Source: Oscillospiraceae bacterium (GTDB taxonomy: Bacteria > Bacillota > Clostridia > Oscillospirales > CAG-382). From it: a stretch of DNA of 64,000 nt. The stretch spans positions 19,794 to 83,793 of the forward strand of contig SVRW01000007.1 in the NCBI GenBank assembly GCA_015064625.1, in the 5' to 3' direction. Below the pieces are notes generated by a model. The model ran no database searches. It saw nothing but the letters and a program-made list of their open reading frames with translations, and was not told the DNA's origin. A program made the translations under genes and the position numbers. Below, in pieces: positions 1-8,273 of this stretch. Each line of letters opens with the position of its first letter. Within the stretch, counting starts at the first letter, position 1.

Positions 1-1
1 A

Positions 2-1003
2 TTTGCCGCAGAGGTTCTGAAAGAACTTCCCGAATGCGGTGCGGCATACGTTATGGTTGACGAATCAGGTGCATCCGTTTATTCTGCTTCCAAATTGGCG
101 GCAGACGAGTTCCCAGATTTCGACCTTACCTTAAGAAGTGCAGTTTCAATCGCGAGAAGACTTCAAGACCCTCTTGCTGAACTTGTTAAAATTGATCCTA
201 AGGCATTGGGCGTTGGTCAGTATCAGCACGATATGCCTCAGAAACGCCTTTCAGAAACCTTGGACGGTGTTGTTGAAGACTGTGTAAACAGCGTTGGAGC
301 AGACCTTAATACCGCATCTCCCGCTTTGCTTTCAAGAGTTTCGGGACTCACTTCTGCAGTTTGCAAAAATATCGTTAAATACCGTGAAGAAAATGGTGCA
401 TTCAAATCAAGAAAAGAGCTTCTTAAGGTTCCAAAGCTTGGAGCAAAAGCATTTGAACAGTGTGCAGGCTTCCTCCGCGTTGCTGAAAGTGATAACCCAC
501 TTGACAATACGGCGGTTCACCCTGAGTCATACGAGGCGGCTGAATCTATTATCACCCGTTGCGGATTCACTTTGGATGAACTGAAAAAAGGAGGACTTTC
601 AACTGTTAAAGAAGCGGCTGTGGATATCGGCGTTGGAAATCTTGCCCGTGAGCTTGGTATGGGACTTCCTACCGTTGCTGATATTCTTTCCGAGCTTGCA
701 AAGCCCGGCAGAGACCCTCGTGATGATTTGCCCAAGCCTATTCTCAAAACAGACGTTCTTGATATTAAGGATTTGAGAGAGGGTATGGTTCTCAGCGGTA
801 CAGTCAGAAACGTTGTTGACTTCGGTGTTTTCATTGACATCGGTGTTCATCAATCAGGATTGGCACATATATCTCAGCTTTGCGATAAATATATCCGCCA
901 TCCTTCAGAGGTTCTGAAAATAGGTGACGTTGTACAGACGAAGGTTCTTGGTGTTGACGTTGCAAAAGGAAAAATTTCCCTTACGCTAAAAGGAATAAAG
1001 TAG
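2..1003 (+). CDS. tex: Tex-like transcription accessory protein, C-terminal part (5' end lies outside the window)
   Basis: The frame is open from nt 2, upstream of the listed ATG at 53. It shows the VMVDESGASVYSAS segment, a helix-hairpin-helix region and a terminal S1 domain (GMVLSGTVRNVVDFGVFIDIGVHQSGLAHISQL), all typical of Tex/YhgF. Confidence 0.85.
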   Translation, partial: FAAEVLKELPECGAAYVMVDESGASVYSASKLAADEFPDFDLTLRSAVSIARRLQDPLAELVKIDPKALGVGQYQHDMPQKRLSETLDGVVEDCVNSVGADLNTASPALLSRVSGLTSAVCKNIVKYREENGAFKSRKELLKVPKLGAKAFEQCAGFLRVAESDNPLDNTAVHPESYEAAESIITRCGFTLDELKKGGLSTVKEAAVDIGVGNLARELGMGLPTVADILSELAKPGRDPRDDLPKPILKTDVLDIKDLREGMVLSGTVRNVVDFGVFIDIGVHQSGLAHISQLCDKYIRHPSEVLKIGDVVQTKVLGVDVAKGKISLTLKGIK

Positions 1004-1063
1004 CAGAAACTTTTTTGTTAACCTGTGTGGGACTGAAAATATTTTTCAAAAACATAAATAACG

Positions 1064-1107
1064 AAAATGCTGTTTTGAAAACGAAATTTCAAAACAGCAT
1101 TTTTGAT
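1064..1107. terminator. Bidirectional intrinsic terminator between convergent tex and the GH25 gene
   Basis: Perfect 17-bp stem, AAAATGCTGTTTTGAAA (1064-1080) pairing with TTTCAAAACAGCATTTT (1087-1103), 6-nt loop. The A-run and T-run are part of the arms. Confidence 0.8.
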
Positions 1108-1126
1108 TGTGTGAAGGTTTTATATA

Positions 1127-2983
1127 TCAGCTTGTAGGCTCTGTAAATGAAACGTGGGCAGGGTTTGCGCTGACGTATGCTTCTGTTCCTTCGAATTTTA
1201 TTTTCACGTATTCATCGGTTTTTTCGATGATTTCAAATTTATCTCCAAAGTGAGCTACAGTGAGAACGTTATTAGCAGTTGAAAGATCCCAGTAAGATCT
1301 TACGTTAAGGTTCCTTACAATGACCCAGACGTATTCCTTGCTTTCTCCCGAAAAACCGTTCAGTCCTAATTTTTTGATTATTGACGGATAATCCTTGTAT
1401 GCGTAGTTCAGGTCAAAATGCTCATCCTCGATAAAGGAGAAAACGCCCTTGTGAGCGTATTGCCACATACCGAATTCCTCGTGACCCAGACAGTCTTCGG
1501 GATTCCACGTGTAAGTCTGATCTATGCTTACGGACTCGGATGAGTCGATTCTTGCAAACCAGATATCTATCATTCCAATAAGCTTGTCAGCTTCAAGTAC
1601 CTTGTATTCGGGGGTCATCCAATGCTTCCCCACATATAATCCGGCATAATACCCGTTTCTTTGAAGCGTTGCGGCGAAGCTTTTAATCATCTCTGTCTTT
1701 ACGGAAGGAGCAATGCTTCTTTGGGAGCTGTCCTCGAAATCCATGTATAAAGGATATTCGAAGGTTTTGCCTTTGACGTATGTAACAAATTGCTTTGCTT
1801 CTTCTATGGCGTCGTTTACGTTGAGAGCGTAGGAATAATAATACGCCCCAACGTCAAGACCTGCGGCTTTTGCGCCTTCGTAATTCATATCAAAGGTCGG
1901 GTCTATGCCTACGTTTGAACCCGCTTTTATGATAACGTAATCAATACCTGCGTTTTTAATTGCCACCCAATCAAGCGGTATAAAATTACCGTCTGCATCT
2001 TTTTTGTGATTCCATTTTGAAACGTCAATTCCTTGTGCAAGAACTTTTTTGTTGCCTGCATAGGCAGAACTGCAAATTGAACTGTAATCCGTATAATTGT
2101 CCTTGTAGGATGTTTTACAGTAAGAGCAGGTATACCTTGTGTACCCTTGGTCAAGAAGCGTTGGTAAAATCACAGCACTTGTGTAAGAATGTTTGGTTTT
2201 ATCAACCTTGTTGTCTTTGTAGGAGTCTCCGCAAGAGCTACATTTGTGTAGCGTATATCCTTCCGTTTTACAAGTGGGGGAAATTACGGTTTGAACGTAT
2301 TCATGACCTTTTTTTGTATAGTTGTCTTTGTATGAATCAGAACAAGCTGTGCATTTATGCAACGTGTAGCCGTCATTTTTGCAAGTAGGCTCAATGATTT
2401 TTTCTGTGTAATTATGGGGGAGCTTAGGTGTTGCTTCTCCCGTGTAGGTTTCTCCGCAAGCACAGCTGAACAGAGTATAACCATCCTTTTGGCAAGTTGG
2501 CTCAACCTTTTCCTTTTCAACGTAATTATGTCCTGTTGGAGAAATAACCTCCTGCTCTGTTATTATAAATGCGCAAACGGTGCAGAAATTTCCTTCTGTC
2601 AATCCGTGCTCCGTGCAGGTAGGGTCTTTAGCCGGTAAAGTTTCTTGGGTGTGGGGGAGTATTTCTGTTTCGTCTGATTCTGAAAAACCGCAAACAGTAC
2701 ATACCCGCTCAACGAGTCCCGCTTCCTTGCAGGAGGCTTCTTTTTTTGTTTCCCAATCAGAAAAAACGTGTGCTTCGTGAATTGAAACATCTTCGGAAAA
2801 ATCAACGCTTTCGGATTCCGACGTTGGTTCAACACTTTCAAGTTCATCAGACGAAACACTCAGGACGGATTCGTCTTCAAGAGTTTCGTCCGCACCGGAG
2901 GTTTCAACGTAAATCTGACAGGACGTCATAAAAAAAGTGAGTACGAATAATAAAAATACGGCTGATAAATAAAATTTTTTCAT
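1127..2983 (-). CDS. Secreted lipoprotein: Cys-rich tandem repeats, GH25 muramidase (lysozyme) domain and a C-terminal SH3-like segment
   Basis: Lipobox-like signal (LTFFMTSC). About 6-7 repeats of roughly 35 aa (PTCxxxGYTLxxCxxCxxSYKDN). GH25 core motifs (QGIDVSKWN, IDYVIIKAG, GAYYYSY, YMDFE). Confidence 0.8.
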   Translation of the reverse strand: MKKFYLSAVFLLFVLTFFMTSCQIYVETSGADETLEDESVLSVSSDELESVEPTSESESVDFSEDVSIHEAHVFSDWETKKEASCKEAGLVERVCTVCGFSESDETEILPHTQETLPAKDPTCTEHGLTEGNFCTVCAFIITEQEVISPTGHNYVEKEKVEPTCQKDGYTLFSCACGETYTGEATPKLPHNYTEKIIEPTCKNDGYTLHKCTACSDSYKDNYTKKGHEYVQTVISPTCKTEGYTLHKCSSCGDSYKDNKVDKTKHSYTSAVILPTLLDQGYTRYTCSYCKTSYKDNYTDYSSICSSAYAGNKKVLAQGIDVSKWNHKKDADGNFIPLDWVAIKNAGIDYVIIKAGSNVGIDPTFDMNYEGAKAAGLDVGAYYYSYALNVNDAIEEAKQFVTYVKGKTFEYPLYMDFEDSSQRSIAPSVKTEMIKSFAATLQRNGYYAGLYVGKHWMTPEYKVLEADKLIGMIDIWFARIDSSESVSIDQTYTWNPEDCLGHEEFGMWQYAHKGVFSFIEDEHFDLNYAYKDYPSIIKKLGLNGFSGESKEYVWVIVRNLNVRSYWDLSTANNVLTVAHFGDKFEIIEKTDEYVKIKFEGTEAYVSANPAHVSFTEPTS

Positions 2984-3004
2984 ATCAGATTACCTTTTAA
3001 TATA

Positions 3005-4249
3005 TCATTGTTTAAAAAAGTAAAATTCATCAACGTCTGCACTATTAAAGTCGCCCGAAAAAACAAGCTTCAGCTCGTAAATTCCGTTTATTGAACGAAA
3101 TTCGGTTTTGGTTTCTACAAAGCTTTCAGAGGGAAGAACTGCCAATTCATTCACTAAAACCTCGTCTGCGTAAATCGAAACCTTGCATGGAAGGTCGTTT
3201 TTCATTCTGATGGCGAATATGTTTTCACCTTTGAAGTCTAAACTGCGGAAAACCATACTGTCAGAATCCTTTATTTCCCGCAAACAAAGATGGTTTTCGG
3301 ATTCTTCGTCCACAGCAATTCTTACGTTACCCGAAAGGAAACAGGCTGTGTTTGCGGGGATATGGTTCGAAGCTGATAAAGCATGTCCCAAAAAAGAGGT
3401 CTGCTTCACCTCGGGTATACTTCCGTCCTCATTTATGAAAATCGGCTCTGCGCAAACGTGTCTTGAAAATTCGAAGCCATGGGTTGAACGGTGATAAAAA
3501 ACGTACCATTGACCTTGAAAAAGCTCTATGGATCCATGATTGTTCCATACAAAAGGGTCGCATCCAAAATTATCAATAATAACCCCTTTGTATTCAAACT
3601 CTCCAAGGGGTTCATCTGAAACTGCATATCCGAGGCAAGTAGGACGGCCCCCATGTCTGTGGGTATCTGCAAAAAGATAATAATATTTACCGTTGATTTT
3701 CTTAACAGAGCTTCCTTCGTGAAACTCGTGCTTTTCTATGGTAAGAGGAGTTGTTACGGTATCTTTGATGATTTCCGTCATGTTGTCCTTAAGCTTGGCG
3801 GCGTGACACCAAGTGAGCTGTCCCCAATATAAATATGCCTGACCGTCATCGTCTATAAAAACAGCAGGGTCAATGCCCCAAACCCCTTCAATTGGTCCAA
3901 TGTCGGAAAAAGGCCCTGCAGGTGAGCTTGATACGGCAACACCGCATCTTCCGTCGGGCACGCAGTAGTAAAGATAATATTTTCCGTTTTTGTAAGCACA
4001 ATCGGGAGCATAGAGCGCACCGCAGTCCTTTGCCCATGTAGTATGGGCAAGTGAAAAAGCGACTCCATGATCCACCCAATTTATCATGTCATCAGAGGAA
4101 TAAACATGGTAAACGTCGCTACAATAGTCTTTTTTGCCAACGATATCAAATGAACCGTACAGATAGATTCTACCGTCTTCCCAAACGTGAGCCTCCGCAT
4201 CGGGAACAAAAATTTTGCTGTCAAGCAAGGGATTTTTTGTTTTTTTCAT
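3005..4249 (-). CDS. Glycoside hydrolase family 43 (beta-xylosidase / alpha-L-arabinofuranosidase type)
   Basis: Five-bladed-propeller GH43 hallmarks: FVPDAEAHVWEDGRIYLYGS, YAPDCAYKNGKYYLYY, GIDPAVFIDDDGQAYLYWG, HEGSSVKKINGKYYY. Confidence 0.8.
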   Translation of the reverse strand: MKKTKNPLLDSKIFVPDAEAHVWEDGRIYLYGSFDIVGKKDYCSDVYHVYSSDDMINWVDHGVAFSLAHTTWAKDCGALYAPDCAYKNGKYYLYYCVPDGRCGVAVSSSPAGPFSDIGPIEGVWGIDPAVFIDDDGQAYLYWGQLTWCHAAKLKDNMTEIIKDTVTTPLTIEKHEFHEGSSVKKINGKYYYLFADTHRHGGRPTCLGYAVSDEPLGEFEYKGVIIDNFGCDPFVWNNHGSIELFQGQWYVFYHRSTHGFEFSRHVCAEPIFINEDGSIPEVKQTSFLGHALSASNHIPANTACFLSGNVRIAVDEESENHLCLREIKDSDSMVFRSLDFKGENIFAIRMKNDLPCKVSIYADEVLVNELAVLPSESFVETKTEFRSINGIYELKLVFSGDFNSADVDEFYFFKQ

Positions 4250-4261
4250 AAATGCTTTTAC

Positions 4262-4579
4262 CTACTCTAAAAAAAAGACCTGCTCCAAAAGCGGCTGTGC
4301 GCCTGTTACGGGATCCATATCCATAACCATAACGTCCTTCATATATTCGTTCCAACGGTCAACGACGGGGGATTCGCTTTGAACCTTTGCGGCATATTCA
4401 ATGCCTTTTTCACATTCATAATAGCCGAAAAGCTCGTCACCTACGTTCCAGATTGTGTAATTCTTGATTCCTGCTTCTTTCAGAACATCGAGCATTTCCT
4501 GCCAAATTTCATCGTGACGTCTGACGTATTCTTCCTTTTTTCCAGGTAGTATTCTTGCTTTCCAAGCGTAGCGTTCCAT
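4262..4579 (-). CDS. rhaM: L-rhamnose mutarotase
   Basis: 105 aa. MERYAWKARILPGKKEEYVRRHDEIWQEM...NYTIW...LFGYYE is the RhaM family signature. Confidence 0.85.
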   Translation of the reverse strand: MERYAWKARILPGKKEEYVRRHDEIWQEMLDVLKEAGIKNYTIWNVGDELFGYYECEKGIEYAAKVQSESPVVDRWNEYMKDVMVMDMDPVTGAQPLLEQVFFLE

Positions 4580-4598
4580 AAAAAATCCTTTCTATAAT

Positions 4599-4701
4599 GC
4601 GGAATGAGGAATGCGGAATTCGGAATAAAGGTGGCTTTTCTCCATACTGTTGAAAAGCATATTTTTTTATTCCGCATTACGAATTCCGAATTCTGAATTC
4701 C
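4599..4701. repeat. Mosaic element, locus A: imperfect inverted ATTCCGN heptad arms flanking the conserved core hairpin
   Basis: Left arm 4599-4626 (GCGGAATGAGGAATGCGGAATTCGGAAT). Core hairpin GCTTTTC-N11-GAAAAGC at 4634-4658. Right arm 4669-4701 (ATTCCGC ATTACGA ATTCCGA ATTCTGA ATTCC). TCCTGCC/TCTTGCC-type units follow at 4704-4720. Confidence 0.85.
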
Positions 4702-4709
4702 ACTCCTGC

Positions 4710-5333
4710 CTATCTTGCCTTGTACGTTTCTCCAACGTTTTCAACTATTGCCTTACCGCCTGTCATATCCATAAGGGCAGATTCAACCTCTGTATACTTT
4801 TCGGGCAAAAGGTGAGCGACTAATGTTACGTTCATGCCGAATTCAGCGTTTGTATGGCTGATTTCTCGTTTATCAAGGTAATAAACAACCTTCTGATAAT
4901 CGGAATAGGAAACGGTTATCTCCATTTTTTTGAAAAGGGTGAATGTTACAACTTCACCGTCTTCAACCGCATCCTTTGCCGATGTTGAATATGCACGTAC
5001 AAGTCCTCCGGTGCCAAGAAGTATACCACCGAAATATCGGGTTACAACTATAACACAGTCTGTAATATTTTGCTTTCTCAACGTGTCGAGAAGGGGAAGC
5101 CCCGCTGTTCCGTGAGGCTCACCATCATCGCTGAAACGTTGAATGTTGTTCTCGCGGAGAACGTATGCATATACGTTGTGCCTTGCATCAGAATGCTTTT
5201 CTTTTATTTTTTTGACGAAAGCTACGGCTTCTTCTTCTGTAGCTACGGGAGCGGTATATCCGTAGAAAACGGAACGCTTTTCCGTATACTCGCTGAAGCC
5301 TTCCTTCTTTATTGAAAGGTATTCGCCCTTCAT
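4710..5333 (-). CDS. yigZ: IMPACT/YigZ family protein (UPF0029)
   Basis: RSVFYGY...HSDARHNVYAY...QRFSDDGEPHGTAGLPLL...VVTRYFGGILLGTGGLVRAYS matches the YigZ N-terminal domain. Confidence 0.85.
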   Translation of the reverse strand: MKGEYLSIKKEGFSEYTEKRSVFYGYTAPVATEEEAVAFVKKIKEKHSDARHNVYAYVLRENNIQRFSDDGEPHGTAGLPLLDTLRKQNITDCVIVVTRYFGGILLGTGGLVRAYSTSAKDAVEDGEVVTFTLFKKMEITVSYSDYQKVVYYLDKREISHTNAEFGMNVTLVAHLLPEKYTEVESALMDMTGGKAIVENVGETYKAR

Positions 5334-5334
5334 G

Positions 5335-6660
5335 TTAACCTATGAATTCCTTGTAGATTGCACGGAGAGTTTTTTCGAAATCCTTTTCCTCCACACCGAT
5401 AATGATGTTAAGCTCGCTTGACCCTTGGTCGATCATTCTGATGTTTATATTTTCCGAAGCAATAGCCTTGAAAATCCTTGATGCTGTTCCGTGGGCATTT
5501 TTCATACCTCTGCCAACTATGGCAATAAGGCTGATTCCGTTTTCAATATGGATAACGTCGGGATTAACTGCTTCGCTTATTTCGTTTATAACTTCTTTTT
5601 CTCTGCCTTCGATGTAGGAGGTATTTACAACGATACTCATCGTGTCAATTCCCGAAGGGAGATGCTCAAAGGAAATACCCATATCGCAGAGTGCTTCAAG
5701 AACCTTCATTCCGAATCCAACCTCGGCATTCATCATATCCTTTTCAAGATGAATTATGGAAAGGTCCTTTTTGCCTGCTATACCTGTTATAATATCCTTG
5801 CTCTTGTGTTCATCTCCATCAGTAACGATAAGAGTTCCATGGTCAGCGGGAGCGTTTGTGTTTTTGATGTTAATGGGAATTCCAGCCTGCTTAACAGGGA
5901 AAATTGAATCCTCGTGAAGCACGGTTGCACCCATGTATGCAAGTTCACGCAATTCCTTATAGGTGATAACGGAAATAGGCTTTGGATTCTCAACTATTCT
6001 TGGGTCGCACATTAAGAAGCCTGAAACGTCTGTCCAGTTTTCGTAAAGGTCAGCATTTACTGCCCTTGCAACTATAGCTCCCGTTATGTCAGAGCCGCCT
6101 CTGGAGAAGGTCTTAACCGTTCCGTCGGGCATTGAACCGTAAAAGCCGGGAATAACAGCTTTTTCTACTGTTGCAAGTCTTGCGGACATTATTTTGTTTG
6201 TTTCATCTGCAAGGAATTTTCCGTTTACGTCGAAAACAACAACCTTTGCCGCATCGATAAATTCGTATCCAAGATATGAAGCTAAAATAATACCATTGAG
6301 GTATTCTCCACGGCTTGCCATGTAATCTCTGCTGCAACCGTATTTCAGCTTGTTTGCAATAAGCTCGAATTCGCCTTCAAGAGAAAGCCCAAGCTCCAAC
6401 TCTTCTATAATTGAATAGTATCTTTCCTTGATTTTTTCCAGAATTGTCGTGTAGTCGCCACCGTTTGCGGACGCAGATTGGCATTTTATCAAAAGGTCTG
6501 TAACCTTTTCGTCTTCCTTGAAGCGTTTTCCGGGCGCGGAAGGAACAACGTATCTTCTGCTTTCCTCTGCTGTGATTATTGCGTGAACCTTTTTGAACTG
6601 CTCTGCAGAGGCTAAAGAGCTTCCGCCAAATTTAACAACTTTTTTTACATTGTCTGCCAT
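5335..6660 (-). CDS. lysC: Aspartate kinase
   Basis: VVKFGGSSLASAEQFKKV start, amino-acid kinase fold motifs (FSRGGSDITGA) and C-terminal ACT-like repeats. 441 aa. Confidence 0.9.
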   Translation of the reverse strand: MADNVKKVVKFGGSSLASAEQFKKVHAIITAEESRRYVVPSAPGKRFKEDEKVTDLLIKCQSASANGGDYTTILEKIKERYYSIIEELELGLSLEGEFELIANKLKYGCSRDYMASRGEYLNGIILASYLGYEFIDAAKVVVFDVNGKFLADETNKIMSARLATVEKAVIPGFYGSMPDGTVKTFSRGGSDITGAIVARAVNADLYENWTDVSGFLMCDPRIVENPKPISVITYKELRELAYMGATVLHEDSIFPVKQAGIPINIKNTNAPADHGTLIVTDGDEHKSKDIITGIAGKKDLSIIHLEKDMMNAEVGFGMKVLEALCDMGISFEHLPSGIDTMSIVVNTSYIEGREKEVINEISEAVNPDVIHIENGISLIAIVGRGMKNAHGTASRIFKAIASENINIRMIDQGSSELNIIIGVEEKDFEKTLRAIYKEFIG

Positions 6661-6856
6661 AATTTCTATCCTTTCGATGAAGCTGTAAACGCTTCCGCTT
6701 TTTTCATTAGTATATATCTATATTATAATATCATAAAAAATCGATTTTTGCAACTGTTTTTAGATATTTTTATAAGGATTTCTTTATGGATGTTTTTTGA
6801 CAATAAGTAGAATTTAAAATACAAAAAAATTGCAATAACTTGATTTCTATTCGGGG

Positions 6857-6884
6857 TTGACTAAATTCTTTTTTGTGGTATACT
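6857..6884 (+). promoter_or_regulatory. Sigma-A-type promoter upstream of hflX
   Basis: TTGACT (6857-6862), 16-nt spacer, TGnTATACT extended -10 (6876-6884). Confidence 0.55.
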
Positions 6885-6915
6885 TTATATATTAAGTAAA
6901 ATAAAAAGAGGTTTT

Positions 6916-8166
6916 ATGGAAATAACCAAAGAATTTGAAAGTGAATATGCAAAAGCGGTGCTTATATCCATAGGTGAGGATGAAGCGACGCTGGACGAAT
7001 TAGAACGTCTTGTTGAAACGGTAGACGGTGAGGTTATTGCAAGAATGACTCAGAACCGTGAAAAGCCTGACGTTTGCACGTATATTGGTTCGGGAAAGGC
7101 GAAAGAGCTTTCCGAGTTCATTGAAAATAACGGAGAAGTAAATCTGGTTATTGCAGATGCTGAACTGACACCCTCACAGATTAAAAATCTTGAGGATGCT
7201 GTCGGTTGCCGTGTTATAGACCGAACAATGCTTATACTTGATATTTTTGCTCTCCACGCCAACAGCGCGGCCGGTAAATTGCAGGTGGAGATTGCCTGCC
7301 TTCGATATACAGCTCCCCGACTTATGGGAAAAGGGAAAGAGCTTTCCCGACTTGGAGGCGGTATCGGTACGAGAGGTCCCGGTGAAAGCAAGCTGGAAAC
7401 AGACAGACGTCATATAAAACGCAGAATTGAAGCGTTGGAAGAAAAGCTTTCCGAGCTTGAACGCACAAGGAGCTTGCAGAAGGAATCGAGAAGCAAAAAA
7501 GGGCTTCCAACAGTTGCAATAGTGGGATATACAAACGCAGGCAAGTCAACCTTGCTTAACGCGCTCACGGGAGCGGGCGTTCTTGCGGAAGACAAGCTTT
7601 TTGCAACTCTTGACCCTGTTACGAGAATAATGAAGCTTCCTGCGGGAAATGAAGTGCTTCTCACTGACACGGTAGGGTTTATTGACAGACTTCCTCACCA
7701 TCTTGTGAAAGCCTTCAGGTCAACGCTTGAAGAACTGAAATACGCGGATATAGTTATGATTCTGACAGACGCTTCCGAAAGCGTTGAAGAACAGCTCCGC
7801 AAAAATGCGGTTACGGAGTCTCTTGTGGAGGAGTTTGGCGGAGGCGCAAAGGATGTAATTAGAGTTTATAACAAAATCGATTCCTGCGAAAACAGAGAAT
7901 TTATTCCCAAGGAGGGCTTTGGAATATCCGCAAAAACGGGAGAGGGCGTTGAAGGCTTGCTCTCAGAGATAGAAAGAATTGTAAAAAGCAAAAAATGCGT
8001 TTGCGAATTTCTTATTCCATACGCCAATATGGAGGTTTCAAACGCTCTTTATAAAAAAGCAACGGTAATTTCTTCCGAGTATACGGACGAGGGGAATCTT
8101 ATAGTTGCGGAGATGGAAAGCGCATATTTGCCTCAATTCTTAAAATATATGAAAAATAATAATTAA
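6916..8166 (+). CDS. hflX: GTPase HflX
   Basis: HflX N-terminal domain (DELERLVETVDGEV, LSPSQIKNLE, VIDRTMLILDIFALHA), G1 GYTNAGKSTLLN, DTVGFI. Confidence 0.9.
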   Translation: MEITKEFESEYAKAVLISIGEDEATLDELERLVETVDGEVIARMTQNREKPDVCTYIGSGKAKELSEFIENNGEVNLVIADAELTPSQIKNLEDAVGCRVIDRTMLILDIFALHANSAAGKLQVEIACLRYTAPRLMGKGKELSRLGGGIGTRGPGESKLETDRRHIKRRIEALEEKLSELERTRSLQKESRSKKGLPTVAIVGYTNAGKSTLLNALTGAGVLAEDKLFATLDPVTRIMKLPAGNEVLLTDTVGFIDRLPHHLVKAFRSTLEELKYADIVMILTDASESVEEQLRKNAVTESLVEEFGGGAKDVIRVYNKIDSCENREFIPKEGFGISAKTGEGVEGLLSEIERIVKSKKCVCEFLIPYANMEVSNALYKKATVISSEYTDEGNLIVAEMESAYLPQFLKYMKNNN

Positions 8167-8192
8167 CCATATGTTAAAAGTGACAAATAAAC

Positions 8193-8221
8193 TTGAAAAA
8201 GTTAAGTTTGTATTGTATAAT
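8193..8221 (+). promoter_or_regulatory. Near-consensus sigma-A promoter of the scaffoldin-like gene
   Basis: TTGAAA (8193-8198), 17-nt spacer, TG-extended TATAAT (8214-8221). Confidence 0.7.
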
Positions 8222-8273
8222 GACAACAGATTATATTCATTTAAATAAAAAGCTCTGAAAGGCAGATTAAATT

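Noticed and set aside
6661-6915. Lysine riboswitch (L-box) upstream of lysC; the region 23487-23659 upstream of dapA was also checked
   Set aside because: The leaders are short and AT-rich and lack the conserved L-box helices and motifs.
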